The notes below the pieces were generated by a model. That model worked only from the letters and a program-made list of their open reading frames with translations. It was not told where the DNA came from and searched no databases. Shown here piece by piece: positions 22,674-32,373 of a stretch of 40,182 nt of DNA (the first letter of the stretch is position 1; the number at the start of each line of letters is the position of its first letter). This DNA comes from a virus (taxonomy: Duplodnaviria > Caudoviricetes). The translations under genes and the position numbers were made by a program. The stretch covers positions 1 through 40,182 of IMG/VR virus record IMGVR_UViG_3300043672_000026; one strand, 5' to 3'.

Positions 22674-25600
22674 TTAGAGGGCCACGTTGAACGACTGAAC
22701 AACCTGCACCGGGGCATCCGCCGCCGGCGCCTTGACGATGCCGTTGATCGCCCGGGTGACCGTGAGCAGCTGGTGCCGGGGATGGATGAGCACCATCGCG
22801 CCCTTGGACACCGCGGCGGCACCGCCGGTTACCACGAACGAGCCCCCGTCGACCTGCGTCCGGGTCGTCTGGATCGTGTAGGCCCACACGAGGCCCTGAT
22901 CGTTGCCGGTCGTGGTGAAGAACTCGGCTATCTCCGTGCCCGGGCTGGCCACCGACGTCCAGTCGTCCTGCTTCCAGCCCAGGAACAGCACCAGCCCGTT
23001 GTCCAGGAAGTCCGCGGGCAGCCTGGCACCGGCGTACGCGATGTCCTGCACGGACCCGTTCGTCTGCCACGCGGAGCCCTTGACGAACTCGGTCAGGGCG
23101 CTGGTCGAACTCAGCGCGCTGCTGGGCCGGAACGCGCAGATCTGCGCGCTGGTGTCATCGCCCGCGGCGCCGCCGGTGAAGGACACGGTCGGAGCCGACT
23201 CGCCGGCCCCGGCCAGCTTGGCGAACAGCGACACGTTCGCCGAGGACGTGAGCAGCGTCCAGCCGGTCGGGGTGTTCACCGTGGCCGAGGTGCCCCGGAT
23301 CGCGGCGAGCATGACCATCAGGTCGTTCTGCGCCAGCCCCGCGGGTACGCCGGGCGTCACGCTGGCGTTGTTCGCGTGGCTGGCCGTGCCGGCCGCGACG
23401 AAGGCGAGGGTGACGTCGGCGAGGGCGGACACGGTGACGACCTCGCCGCCGAGTTTCGCATCCAGCGGGTACGTGCTGGCCGGGGCGCCCGACGAGCGCC
23501 GCCACCGGTTACCGGTCGGGGTTTTCACGATCAGGGAGGTGGCGCCGGAGGTGGCCGCGTTGGCGAGGTAGCTGCCGGTCGCGGCGGCCCGGTACCGGCC
23601 GGCCCCGGCGGACACCATGTCGTTGACGCTGCGGTACGGCCCGTACGGCTGCGTGTTGAACGTCAACTCCCACATCTGCTCACCCAGCACCTCACGCCAG
23701 CCGCGGACCATCACTTCGGCCGTGTCCGGTGGCAGCCACGCGGGCAGGGCGGTGATCGCGATCGGGTCGCCCACGTCGAGGCCGCGCACACCGATCGTCG
23801 CCGCGGCCGTCCACGCGAACGCGGAGCCGGCCAGGTTGAGGGTGACGGTCGGCCAGCGCAGATCGTCCCAGGTGCCCAGCGCGGTGGCCTGCTGCGCCAG
23901 ATACGGCAGGACGGCGTCGGTGGACGGGTTGATCGGGTACTGCGTGTCGTAGGTGCCGACCGCGATGGTGCCCTTGCGGCCGTCCTCGACCGTGGAGCGA
24001 CCGGACCCGCCGAGCGGGCGGGTGACGGTGACGTCGTTGCGTAGGGTCTGGTCGTCGTCGGTCGGCTGCAAGACGCCGGAGAAATACCTGGACGTGTAGG
24101 GCAGGGTCAGCGCGGTCTGCACGTACAGGGTGTTGCGGGCCCGGTAGATCAGGCCGAACGAGCCGCGGGACGCGGTGAAGAACCCGCCGTCCAGGCGGGC
24201 ACATTCGGCGAGGACGTCCGTGAGGGTGCCGGTGGGCTGGTAGCCCATCGTCTGGGCGATCGCCGCGGTCTTCATGATCTCCACGGCGATGCCGGACTGC
24301 GCGCACACCCGCTCGATCCGGTCGTCCGGCGGCTCGCCGAGGTAGGCGTTCGCGGCCTGCATGAACGCCCAGTCGTCCACGGCGATCGCCGCCGTGGACA
24401 CGGCCAGCTGCGACAGGTTCAGGCCGACGTTCGCGGTGCCGGTCGGCACGTTCCAGGAGGTGAAGATCCCGACGTTGGTGCCCGACACGAACGAGTTGTT
24501 GGAGATGCCGAGCGCGCCGAGGCCGCCGACACGAGTCCAGCCCAGCTCCATCGCGATGTTCCCGGCGACGACGTGGATCTGCAGCCGCATGCTGATCCAC
24601 AGGTCCGGTGACACTCCGCCGCCGAACGTGGACGAGGTCGTGTTCAGCACGACGTCGTCCTTGTCGTACGCGGTGACCACGAACGTCGTCGCCGTGACCG
24701 ACACGTTCCACCGCTTGACGGTGCCGGTGCCGATCACGTTCAGCAGCGTCGTCGAGCCGGCCGGGGCGGTGTCGTAGCGCCACATCCACACCACCGCCGC
24801 GTACGTGCCGGCCGCCACGGTCTTCGCCGTGCCCCGCAGCACCGACGCGGTGGAGTTGATGCGCGCCACGCCGGAACTGCCGGGCAGGCCCGCGTCGAAC
24901 CCGAAACTGATGTCGAAGATCGTGGCGGCTTTCGCCCCGACGACCGCGCTGCCCGCCTCGAGAGCGTTGGCCTGGTCCTCGAACGTCCAGTACCCGTTCT
25001 TGGACGCCAGGCCGTTCAGGTACCGGTAGATCGGCGACTGCAGGGGCTGCGCGCCTTGGGTGAGCCGGCGCAGAATGTCGGAGGCGACGACCGGCACCCA
25101 CACGTCGGTGCCGGACAGGTCCCAGTACTGCGGGAATTCGGAGATCTCACCCCAGTGCCGGTAGTGGTCCGAGGACACCTGCAGGTTGTCGTAGGTGAAC
25201 ACCACCGGTTTGGCGTTGGTGTTGCCGCCCGCGACCCCTGAGCGGACGCCGACGAATCCGGGCGTCGGGGCCGGGTCGTAGCGATATGCCGCCCACGCCG
25301 TCGGCTCCACACTCGAGGCGATGTACGCCTTGACCCGGATGATGTGCCCGTCGGCCTGCGCCACCACCGTGATCGGCTGGCCGGTGCCGGTGTGGGTGAT
25401 ACCCGTGTCGACCGCGTCACCGGCGGTGCCGTCCCGGTCGATGATCCGGACCTGCAGCACGTTGGTGGTGGTGACCTCGCAGCGGGCCATCACGTAGGAG
25501 TTGACGGTGAGCCCGCGCAACTGGATATTGCACGGTTCGAGGTTGTCGCCGGTGGCCTGCGCCACCTTGAACGTTGCCCGCACGGTCTGGTTGATGTCGT

Positions 25601-26075
25601 TGTACGCGGCGTAGTAGGTGAACCGGAAACCGGACACGACGGGTACGGAATGGGTGGCCTCGGTGCCGGTGACGGCCCAGTCGGTGGCCAGCACCGATCC
25701 GCCGAGTCCGGCGCCGCTGGTGACCTGGCCGGTGTCGGAGGTGCCCCAGTTGCCGGTGCCGGACACGCTGCGGGTGTACGTGTCGGTGATCAGGTTGCTG
25801 GTGGTGACCGAGAACCGGGCCTGGGTGTTCTGCCCCAGCAGGCCGTAGTAGATCGAGCCCGGGTTGCGGTCGGAGAACAGGCCGTCCGCGTTGTTCAGGG
25901 CGAACGCGGCCGTCGACGGGGTGATCGTGTCGCCCTGCTCGTTCAGGTAGCCGCGCTGGATGGCGATCTTGTCCTCGACCCGGATCCGGCCCAGCGCGGT
26001 CACATCGACCCACGCGCCGTTGATCAGCAGCTCACCCTTGACGGGCGGGGTGGGCGCGTTCGAGGGGAAGGCCAT
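22674..26075 (-). CDS. Large minor tail protein (multi-domain, with lectin-like inserts)
   Basis: 1133 aa right after the tape measure; ELLINGAWVDVT...LNNADGLFS.RNP.S.YYG N-terminus; NDVTVTR hub-like motif. Confidence 0.8.
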   Translation of the reverse strand: MAFPSNAPTPPVKGELLINGAWVDVTALGRIRVEDKIAIQRGYLNEQGDTITPSTAAFALNNADGLFSDRNPGSIYYGLLGQNTQARFSVTTSNLITDTYTRSVSGTGNWGTSDTGQVTSGAGLGGSVLATDWAVTGTEATHSVPVVSGFRFTYYAAYNDINQTVRATFKVAQATGDNLEPCNIQLRGLTVNSYVMARCEVTTTNVLQVRIIDRDGTAGDAVDTGITHTGTGQPITVVAQADGHIIRVKAYIASSVEPTAWAAYRYDPAPTPGFVGVRSGVAGGNTNAKPVVFTYDNLQVSSDHYRHWGEISEFPQYWDLSGTDVWVPVVASDILRRLTQGAQPLQSPIYRYLNGLASKNGYWTFEDQANALEAGSAVVGAKAATIFDISFGFDAGLPGSSGVARINSTASVLRGTAKTVAAGTYAAVVWMWRYDTAPAGSTTLLNVIGTGTVKRWNVSVTATTFVVTAYDKDDVVLNTTSSTFGGGVSPDLWISMRLQIHVVAGNIAMELGWTRVGGLGALGISNNSFVSGTNVGIFTSWNVPTGTANVGLNLSQLAVSTAAIAVDDWAFMQAANAYLGEPPDDRIERVCAQSGIAVEIMKTAAIAQTMGYQPTGTLTDVLAECARLDGGFFTASRGSFGLIYRARNTLYVQTALTLPYTSRYFSGVLQPTDDDQTLRNDVTVTRPLGGSGRSTVEDGRKGTIAVGTYDTQYPINPSTDAVLPYLAQQATALGTWDDLRWPTVTLNLAGSAFAWTAAATIGVRGLDVGDPIAITALPAWLPPDTAEVMVRGWREVLGEQMWELTFNTQPYGPYRSVNDMVSAGAGRYRAAATGSYLANAATSGATSLIVKTPTGNRWRRSSGAPASTYPLDAKLGGEVVTVSALADVTLAFVAAGTASHANNASVTPGVPAGLAQNDLMVMLAAIRGTSATVNTPTGWTLLTSSANVSLFAKLAGAGESAPTVSFTGGAAGDDTSAQICAFRPSSALSSTSALTEFVKGSAWQTNGSVQDIAYAGARLPADFLDNGLVLFLGWKQDDWTSVASPGTEIAEFFTTTGNDQGLVWAYTIQTTRTQVDGGSFVVTGGAAAVSKGAMVLIHPRHQLLTVTRAINGIVKAPAADAPVQVVQSFNVAL

Positions 26076-26076
26076 A

Positions 26077-28158
26077 TCAGTCCCCGCCCCACATGCGTTG
26101 GGCGTCCTTGCTGTACGTGGTGCGGCACTCGTACTGCAGGGCTTCGATCAGCCTGGCCACCAGGTCACGGCCCGCATTCGGGGCGACCCGCACGAGCACG
26201 TCGACCTGGCCGCTCGAGCCGCCGCCGCCCATGCCCGCGCCCGCGGCACCCCGGGCGCCCCGCCGACCGGAGCCCCGGCCGGAGTTGAGTCCTTCCAGTT
26301 CGGCCAGCACGCCCGGCTTGGACACCTGGGACGCACGAACCACGTACTCACCCTTGGACAGGTGCTTGGTCACCGAGTCCGACGTTCCGGTGCCGGGACC
26401 GTCGACCAGGCCGCCCGCCGACAGGCCGCCGCCGCTACCCGGTTTCCCGAACATCTTGTAGTTCGTGATCATCGTCGCGGTGTAGACGCCCTGAAAATTG
26501 TGCACCAGCGAGTTGAGGAGCCTTGCGTCGCCGATCGCCTTACCGGCGCCCTTCATCGAGATCCGCGGTTCCGTCTTGATCGGGATGCCGAGGAGCTTGT
26601 CGGCCAGCTTCTTCGCCTCGCCGGCGTTGTACCCGGCCGCCCGAGCGGCTTTGATGAACGCGGCGCGGTTGCCCTCCATGTGCGCGGTGGTCTTCTCGGA
26701 GACCCCGTTCACGCCCCGGTACGCGTCGTTGTCCTTACCGAGCGCCTCGGCCAGATCCAACAGGGCCTTGCGGTTGTTGCGGCCTTTCTCGGTGTTCAGG
26801 TCGATCGTGGAGCCGTTCTCCTTGATCGCCTTCGTCGCGTCGATGACGGCCTCGCGGACGTCGACTTCGGAGCCGTACAGCTCCTGCTGAATCGACACCA
26901 CCTTGTTCATCGAGTCGGCCAGCTCGTCGAACGACATGGCCGCGTCGGCGACGAACTTAGCCGACTTCTCGGCCGCCTCCGCCGTATCTTCCAGGCCGGG
27001 CACCACGGCGGCCGTACTGTCCGCCAGGTCGTCGGACTTTTGCGCAGCCTCCTCGTAGTGCTTGCGCAGCAGCGGGATCAGCGGCCCGGTGATCCACGCG
27101 TTGTTCGCCAGCTTGCCGAGCATGTCCAGCGTCATCGCCGAGGACTTGAGCAGGTCGGCGGTCGCACCCGCGATCAGCCGCAGGTTCGACGCAGCCTCAG
27201 GGCCGCCGTCGGAGAGGATGCCGATGACGTCGGAGAAACCGTCACCGAGCAGGGTGACCGAATCACCCAGACCGTCCAGGGCCGGACCCGACTCACGGGC
27301 CGCCTTCAGCAGAGACCCGCTCACCGCCTCACCCGCGCCGACAACCTTGCGGGTGAACGGAACCAGGTCGTCGCCCAGCGCCGCGAACGTCCGACCCAAA
27401 TCCTTGTTCAGCCGGTCACCGGCATCCGACAGGATGCCCAGAGCGTGCAGGATCGGCCCCCGCAAGGACGCTGCCGCGTTCTCACCGAGGCTCTTACTGA
27501 ACCGCTGCCCCGCCGCTACCCCGGCGGCCTGAATTCCCTTGTCGGCCTTGACCGCGGCCATGACACCGACGCCGAGCACACCCGCGCCCGCGCCGGCCGA
27601 CAACGCCGAGCTCAGGGCGGAGACGAGTACCGGTGCCGCTGCCGCACCGATGGCGGCGCCGATGACCGGGCCTACCGACGTGCCGGCCTTCGCGGCGATA
27701 CCCGCGCCGCCCTCGGCGATACCGGCGCCGAGCTTCGACATGAAGCCCTTCGATGCCTGCGACGGATCGGGCAGGATCCCCTCGAGAATGCCCTTGTTCT
27801 TACCCAACCGGCGGATGTCGTTCTCGAGCCGGCGGACCGCCTTCGACAGGTCGAGGCGTTCGGAGTCGTCGGCCGCGTCGGCGAACGACTTGGCCAGGGA
27901 CTCCATCTCCCGCTTGGCGATGTCGATCTCGCGGCCGAGTTTGCCGATCCGGTCGGCGTTGCTGGCGGCCTTCTTGCCCAGCTTCTCGGTGGAGTCGCCG
28001 GCACCGTCGGTGCTCTTGCCGAACCTGTCCGTCGACTTCGACGCGTCGTCTGCCGCGTCGCCTACGTGGCCGATGTTGCGGGCCGCGGAGTCGGTGCCCT
28101 GCTTGGTTTTGTCGCGGGACAGAATGTCCAGGGTCAGCTCGCGTTTGTTGTCGGCCAC
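26077..28158 (-). CDS. Tape measure protein
   Basis: Ala/Gly-rich helical protein after the chaperones; GGLVDGPGTGTSDSV...LSKGEYVV motif. Confidence 0.9.
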   Translation of the reverse strand: MADNKRELTLDILSRDKTKQGTDSAARNIGHVGDAADDASKSTDRFGKSTDGAGDSTEKLGKKAASNADRIGKLGREIDIAKREMESLAKSFADAADDSERLDLSKAVRRLENDIRRLGKNKGILEGILPDPSQASKGFMSKLGAGIAEGGAGIAAKAGTSVGPVIGAAIGAAAAPVLVSALSSALSAGAGAGVLGVGVMAAVKADKGIQAAGVAAGQRFSKSLGENAAASLRGPILHALGILSDAGDRLNKDLGRTFAALGDDLVPFTRKVVGAGEAVSGSLLKAARESGPALDGLGDSVTLLGDGFSDVIGILSDGGPEAASNLRLIAGATADLLKSSAMTLDMLGKLANNAWITGPLIPLLRKHYEEAAQKSDDLADSTAAVVPGLEDTAEAAEKSAKFVADAAMSFDELADSMNKVVSIQQELYGSEVDVREAVIDATKAIKENGSTIDLNTEKGRNNRKALLDLAEALGKDNDAYRGVNGVSEKTTAHMEGNRAAFIKAARAAGYNAGEAKKLADKLLGIPIKTEPRISMKGAGKAIGDARLLNSLVHNFQGVYTATMITNYKMFGKPGSGGGLSAGGLVDGPGTGTSDSVTKHLSKGEYVVRASQVSKPGVLAELEGLNSGRGSGRRGARGAAGAGMGGGGSSGQVDVLVRVAPNAGRDLVARLIEALQYECRTTYSKDAQRMWGGD

Positions 28159-28159
28159 C

Positions 28160-28348
28160 TCAGCCCCCCTCCCCCGTCATGGCGTCGTATTCGGCGAGGT
28201 GGTCGGCGATCTGGCACAGACTCATCCCGCGCAGGTGGTGCGGTGGGATGTGCGCGCGGAACGTGAACCACGGCTCCAGGGCGGCGACGATGCCCGCTAC
28301 TCCGTCGGCTGCGTGCTCGGCGAAGAAGTCGGGGCCGCGTCCAAAGGG
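28160..28348 (-). CDS. Tail assembly chaperone -1 frameshift extension (gpGT-like)
   Basis: Slippery C CCT TTG at 28342-28348 leads to FGRGPDFF...AMTGEGG, ending just before the TMP start. Confidence 0.65.
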   Translation of the reverse strand, partial: PFGRGPDFFAEHAADGVAGIVAALEPWFTFRAHIPPHHLRGMSLCQIADHLAEYDAMTGEGG

Positions 28349-28683
28349 GCGCCCGGGTCGACCTCCATGTCCGGGACCCGCTGCCACTCGGCCAGCATGA
28401 TCAGCGGCTTGAAGTCGGCGAACGCGGGTGCGGGATGCTCCGGGTCGGCGGCCATCCGCATCGACAGCCACAGGGCGATCAGCTCGCCGGTGACGCCGGA
28501 GTCCCGGTTGTCGTCGATCGCGGCCTTGAGCCGGACCGGGTAGATCTGCGCCTCGACGGCGCGTAGCTCGTCGACGGGCAGCCGCATGATGGCGGCCTCG
28601 TCGTAGATCCACCACCGGCCGCCGTAGCGGGCGACGTCGTCGGGGTCGGTGAGCCGGACCCGCCACGGTTTGAGGATCAGCAA
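28297..28683 (-). CDS. Tail assembly chaperone (gpG-like)
   Basis: Position upstream of the TMP; ends PLDAAPTSSPSTQPTE after the slippery site. Confidence 0.75.
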   Translation of the reverse strand: MLILKPWRVRLTDPDDVARYGGRWWIYDEAAIMRLPVDELRAVEAQIYPVRLKAAIDDNRDSGVTGELIALWLSMRMAADPEHPAPAFADFKPLIMLAEWQRVPDMEVDPGAPLDAAPTSSPSTQPTE

Positions 28684-28686
28684 CGG

Positions 28687-29187
28687 TCAGCCTTTCGCGA
28701 GTCGGGCGGCGAACTCGTCCAGGACGACCAGGAGCCGCTTCTGCGCCTCATCGGCCGCGTTGGCGGTGCCGCGGTCGTGGAACCCGGCCCGGATCTTCGT
28801 GACAGCCCACGGGTTCGGCACCCTGCCCCGGCCGCGGACGGTCCGGGACCGCCCGTACACCGGGTGCCGCAGCTCGCCGTTGTTCAAGCGCACCACGTCG
28901 CGGCGTTCACCGGTGCCGTCGGCGTAGGTGATGAGCCGGATCGTGGCAGACCTCGACCCGGTGCGCTGCGACACCTTGTGCCGCAGGCTTTTCGACAACA
29001 CTCCGCGGTAGCCGCCACGGCGGGGCATGACCCGGTCCGCTTCCGCGGCGATCTCCTTCTGGACGGGCTTGACCGTGTCGGCCAACGCCCGGGCCATCTG
29101 CCGGCCCAACCCTTTGTCACCGGTCGCGCGGATACCCGCGGCGACCTGGTGCAGCCGGGCGGAACCGGTGATCCGCACCTCAAGCAT
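28687..29187 (-). CDS. HK97 gp10-like neck/tail-completion protein
   Basis: Basic protein, LRHPVYGR...W...AGFHD; TGATG overlap. Confidence 0.65.
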   Translation of the reverse strand: MLEVRITGSARLHQVAAGIRATGDKGLGRQMARALADTVKPVQKEIAAEADRVMPRRGGYRGVLSKSLRHKVSQRTGSRSATIRLITYADGTGERRDVVRLNNGELRHPVYGRSRTVRGRGRVPNPWAVTKIRAGFHDRGTANAADEAQKRLLVVLDEFAARLAKG

Positions 29188-29606
29188 CAGGTCGTGTTCC
29201 GGGCGATCGACACGCCGGAGCCGTACGGCCAGGCGATGTTGCACTTGGCCGCGTCACCCACGCTGTTGCCGAACGGGGAGTACTTCGACGGCAGGAACCC
29301 GCCCACATACTCCGGATTGGAGGTGGTGATCGCACCGGAGGTAGGTCGGATCTTGCACGTCACGACGGCGCCCGCCGACCACGCCGCGAACAAGGTCGCG
29401 TCCAGGGCGGCCGCGGCGAAGTCCTGGTTGAAGCCCGCCTGCAGGCCGGGGTCTTCCAGGCCGGCCATCCGCGCGCGGGCGTTGTCACCGAAAGCGGTGT
29501 CGTCCTGTTCCTCCTTGGCGAGGTCCAGGGCGATGCTGTTGCCGAAGGTCGACACGACCACGGCGTTGATCTCGACGCGGCAGTCCTTGAGAATGCTGCT
29601 GGCCAC
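29187..29606 (-). CDS. Major tail (tube) protein
   Basis: DDTAFGDNARARMAGLED...RPTSGAITTSNPEY...GDAAK; TAAGGAG RBS. Confidence 0.8.
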   Translation of the reverse strand: MASSILKDCRVEINAVVVSTFGNSIALDLAKEEQDDTAFGDNARARMAGLEDPGLQAGFNQDFAAAALDATLFAAWSAGAVVTCKIRPTSGAITTSNPEYVGGFLPSKYSPFGNSVGDAAKCNIAWPYGSGVSIARNTT

Positions 29607-29615
29607 GGTGTCTCC

Positions 29616-30347
29616 TTACCTAGTGCCGACAGTGGCGGCGAGGGTGAAGCTGCCGGTGATGGCGGTGACGTTGATCCGGAACCACGGCCCCGCGAACGCC
29701 CCGGCGAACCGGGCCCACGACCCGCCCACCGCGGTGACCGCGGGCACCGATCCGACGGTCAGCGGGGTCGTGAAAATCGAGTCGGTGGCGTGCTGCACCT
29801 GCACGGTCACCGTCGTGCCGGCGGTGAACGCGTGCAAGGCGATGTACAGGAACTGGGTCGCGCCGACCGCACCCAACTGCACGGAGGTGCCGGTGGCGCC
29901 GGTGCCGGACACGACGGCCTTGCCCTTGGTGACCAGCCCGCGGGCGACGGCGGTCTCCCCGTTCGAGCCTTTGAAGCCGAGGGAGAACGGGGCGGGCTGG
30001 CCGTGCTGCCCGAACAGGCTGTAGTTGAACCGGCCGCCGCGCAGCATGTACCCGACGGAACCCTCCACACCGTCCGACGACTTCGTGATCGGCTCGTCGA
30101 GCAACCCCCACCGGGAGAACGCGTTCTCGTCGACACTGCCGACGCCGGTCGCCCACATGCCGGAGTCCTGCATGGATACGTCTTCGAGCCCGCACAGCCG
30201 CTGCCGGGCGCCACCGGACCCGACCGGCTGGAACACGGTGACGTCGTGGACCTCATGGTCGAGATCCAGGGCCGTCTGATTCGTGTCGCCGGTCAGGTCG
30301 TAGCCGCCGACCCACGTGGTGCACGCCTTCAGGATCGTCGAGGCCAC
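29616..30347 (-). CDS. Tail-tube-like paralogue with an extra C-terminal beta domain
   Basis: MASTILKAC...DVTVF...ARQRLCGLED resembles the N-terminus of the downstream tube protein. Confidence 0.65.
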   Translation of the reverse strand: MASTILKACTTWVGGYDLTGDTNQTALDLDHEVHDVTVFQPVGSGGARQRLCGLEDVSMQDSGMWATGVGSVDENAFSRWGLLDEPITKSSDGVEGSVGYMLRGGRFNYSLFGQHGQPAPFSLGFKGSNGETAVARGLVTKGKAVVSGTGATGTSVQLGAVGATQFLYIALHAFTAGTTVTVQVQHATDSIFTTPLTVGSVPAVTAVGGSWARFAGAFAGPWFRINVTAITGSFTLAATVGTR

Positions 30348-30351
30348 CAGC

Positions 30352-30786
30352 TCAGCCCTTCACGCCGGACGCCTTGGCAGGCTTCGCGGCGGGCGCCTCG
30401 GTTTCGGCCGCCGCCTCGGTTTCGCGGGCGCGCAACGCGGCCAGCTGCGCCTCCAGGGATGCGCCTTCCGCCCGGATCTGCGCCAGCCGCTCGACCGGAT
30501 CCACGATGACCCGTTTGACGTAGCCGAGGCGCACCAGCATGTCGACGTCGATCTCGTCGTGGTCGAGCTCGAGGCGGGCGCCGCGATCGTTCTCGGATCC
30601 GTCCACACCGACGATCAACGCCCGGTTCGTGGTCACCTCGACCGTGTCCAGCACCCCGGCCGCACGGCGTTGTTCGACGTGATGCGCCCGGCACCAGTCC
30701 TCCAGGCGCACCGGCGGGTCGAGGCGCACCAGCTGCACACCGACCGCGTCGGCGTCGCAGCCGTCACGCTTACACATCCCAGCCAT
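30352..30786 (-). CDS. Hypothetical protein with a C-terminal coiled coil
   Basis: GGAGG RBS; fills the gap in the structural operon. Confidence 0.65.
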   Translation of the reverse strand: MAGMCKRDGCDADAVGVQLVRLDPPVRLEDWCRAHHVEQRRAAGVLDTVEVTTNRALIVGVDGSENDRGARLELDHDEIDVDMLVRLGYVKRVIVDPVERLAQIRAEGASLEAQLAALRARETEAAAETEAPAAKPAKASGVKG

Positions 30787-30798
30787 ACGGGGCCTCCA

Positions 30799-31233
30799 TC
30801 AGTCGACGTCCACGGATCCGGACATGATCAGGTCGACGGAGAACACACCGCCGAAGTACTGCAGGACGCCGACCTCTTCCAGGCCGAGCGGCCGGAACGA
30901 CTGCACGGCCAGGTCGTGCACGAGCCCGCCCAACGTCTTGTCCGCTTCCAGGGCGAGCGGCACCGACTTCGGGCCGACCCACGACGCGTACTCGGCGAGG
31001 GCACGCTGCCCGACCCGGTCGACCTTGCTGGAGGTGAGCACGGTGATCGGCCAGTCGGTGAGCATCACCCGGCCGCGGCCGAACGTGGCCCGATACTCGG
31101 GCACCGGCGGCACACCCACGATCGCAGCCGGCGGGTTGATGACGCCGGGTGAGGCCCCGGACGCGCGCAGGCCGATACCGTCGAGGACCGCCTCCAGGGC
31201 GTCCATCAGCTGCGGCAGGGTGGGTGTGGCCAT
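30799..31233 (-). CDS. Tail terminator/completion protein
   Basis: INPPAAIV...SVPLALEADKTLGG motif; synteny. Confidence 0.75.
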   Translation of the reverse strand: MATPTLPQLMDALEAVLDGIGLRASGASPGVINPPAAIVGVPPVPEYRATFGRGRVMLTDWPITVLTSSKVDRVGQRALAEYASWVGPKSVPLALEADKTLGGLVHDLAVQSFRPLGLEEVGVLQYFGGVFSVDLIMSGSVDVD

Positions 31234-31234
31234 C

Positions 31235-32077
31235 TCAGGCGACCTTCTGCGGGTTACGCATGTACGGCTTCAGTTTCTTCAGCACCATCGGGTTGTCGCG
31301 GACCCGGATGTCACCGTTGGCGCCGAACCCGGCCACCCCGAACCGGGCGTCCTTGAGCGCGAACGTCTCACTGGCGGCGATCTTGCAGGCTTCGACGACC
31401 GGCGCGGGGACGGTCGCCCAACCCCAGCGGGCGGTGACCTGCACGGTCGCCGAGCCGGTCGTCATGGCCGTGGTCAACGCTTCGATGCGGGTGTACGGCC
31501 ACGGCCGTCCGTTGATCAAACCGTTCAGCGGATACAGCTGGTAGTCCGTCGCCGTCCACGTCGTCCCGTCCACCACGATGATCAGGCCGCTCAAAGTCCA
31601 GAAGTCGTCGGTGAAACACAGGCAGGTGGAGACCGGCTGGAAGACGCGGGCGGACACCGTCTCGTCGCGGTCGAAACGCCGGCCGCACACGTCGTCGATC
31701 TCCGTGGACACCGACGACAGGGCGCCGGCCAACAGGTCGTCGTCCTGCGTGTCGTCCGCGTCGAGCTTCAGCCAGTCCTTCAGCTGCGGCAGTGTGCAAT
31801 ACGGCTGCGGGCCCGGGTCGGCCACCACGAACGTGCCCGCGGTGACGTCGACGACCGCCCCGCTGACAACCCATTCGTACGCCCACGCGCCGACCGCGTC
31901 GGGGGTGAACGTGGCCGCCCGGTAGTGGCCGATGGACGGGGTACTGATCGTCGGCAGGATCGTGGCACCGGACGGCTTGGTGACGGTCAGCACGACCGTG
32001 GCGGCGGCCAGGGCGTCGTCGCGGTCGTAGACGAGGTGATCGAGGTTCACGCCGTCGCCCAGGTCGTACGTGGTCAC
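31235..32077 (-). CDS. Head-tail adaptor (gp6-like) with an N-terminal Ig-like domain
   Basis: YCTLPQLKDWL...IDDVCGRRF...VTARWGWATVPAPVVEAC; ~85-aa beta-rich N-terminal extension. Confidence 0.8.
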   Translation of the reverse strand: MTTYDLGDGVNLDHLVYDRDDALAAATVVLTVTKPSGATILPTISTPSIGHYRAATFTPDAVGAWAYEWVVSGAVVDVTAGTFVVADPGPQPYCTLPQLKDWLKLDADDTQDDDLLAGALSSVSTEIDDVCGRRFDRDETVSARVFQPVSTCLCFTDDFWTLSGLIIVVDGTTWTATDYQLYPLNGLINGRPWPYTRIEALTTAMTTGSATVQVTARWGWATVPAPVVEACKIAASETFALKDARFGVAGFGANGDIRVRDNPMVLKKLKPYMRNPQKVA

Positions 32078-32086
32078 AGATCCCCC

Positions 32087-32311
32087 CTACTTGTTCGCAG
32101 GCTTGGCCGCAGCCTTATCCGCCGGGCGGGCCGCCATCTTCACCGACGGCGCCGACGGTGCGACCAGCGCCTGATACGCGTCCAGATCGGCCGGCGTGAC
32201 GGGCTCACCGATCGGATAGGCCAGGAACGCGGCCCGTGGGTCGCCAGCCTCGACCAGCACACCTTCGGTCGTCCGGAACACCCGCACTGTCGCGAGTACC
32301 TGACCTGCCAC
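32087..32311 (-). CDS. Small hypothetical head-associated protein
   Basis: GAGGAG RBS; LVEAGDPRAAFLAY...KAAAKPANK (alternative start 32359). Confidence 0.6.
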   Translation of the reverse strand: MAGQVLATVRVFRTTEGVLVEAGDPRAAFLAYPIGEPVTPADLDAYQALVAPSAPSVKMAARPADKAAAKPANK

Positions 32312-32373
32312 GACGGGCTCCTCTGCTGCTGAAATCGGGAAGTTGAACTGGACTGCCACGAGCCGCGCACCCC

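Noticed and set aside
21614-26075. Diversity-generating retroelement or invertible tail-fibre switch
   Set aside because: No reverse transcriptase, no TR/VR repeat pair, no active invertase and no inverted cassette seen
25960-28266. Long + strand ORFs (768 aa here; also 30824-32332, 32742-34262, 11544-13202 and others)
   Set aside because: Antisense shadows of GC-rich minus-strand genes; Arg/Pro/Gly-rich, no motifs, no RBS
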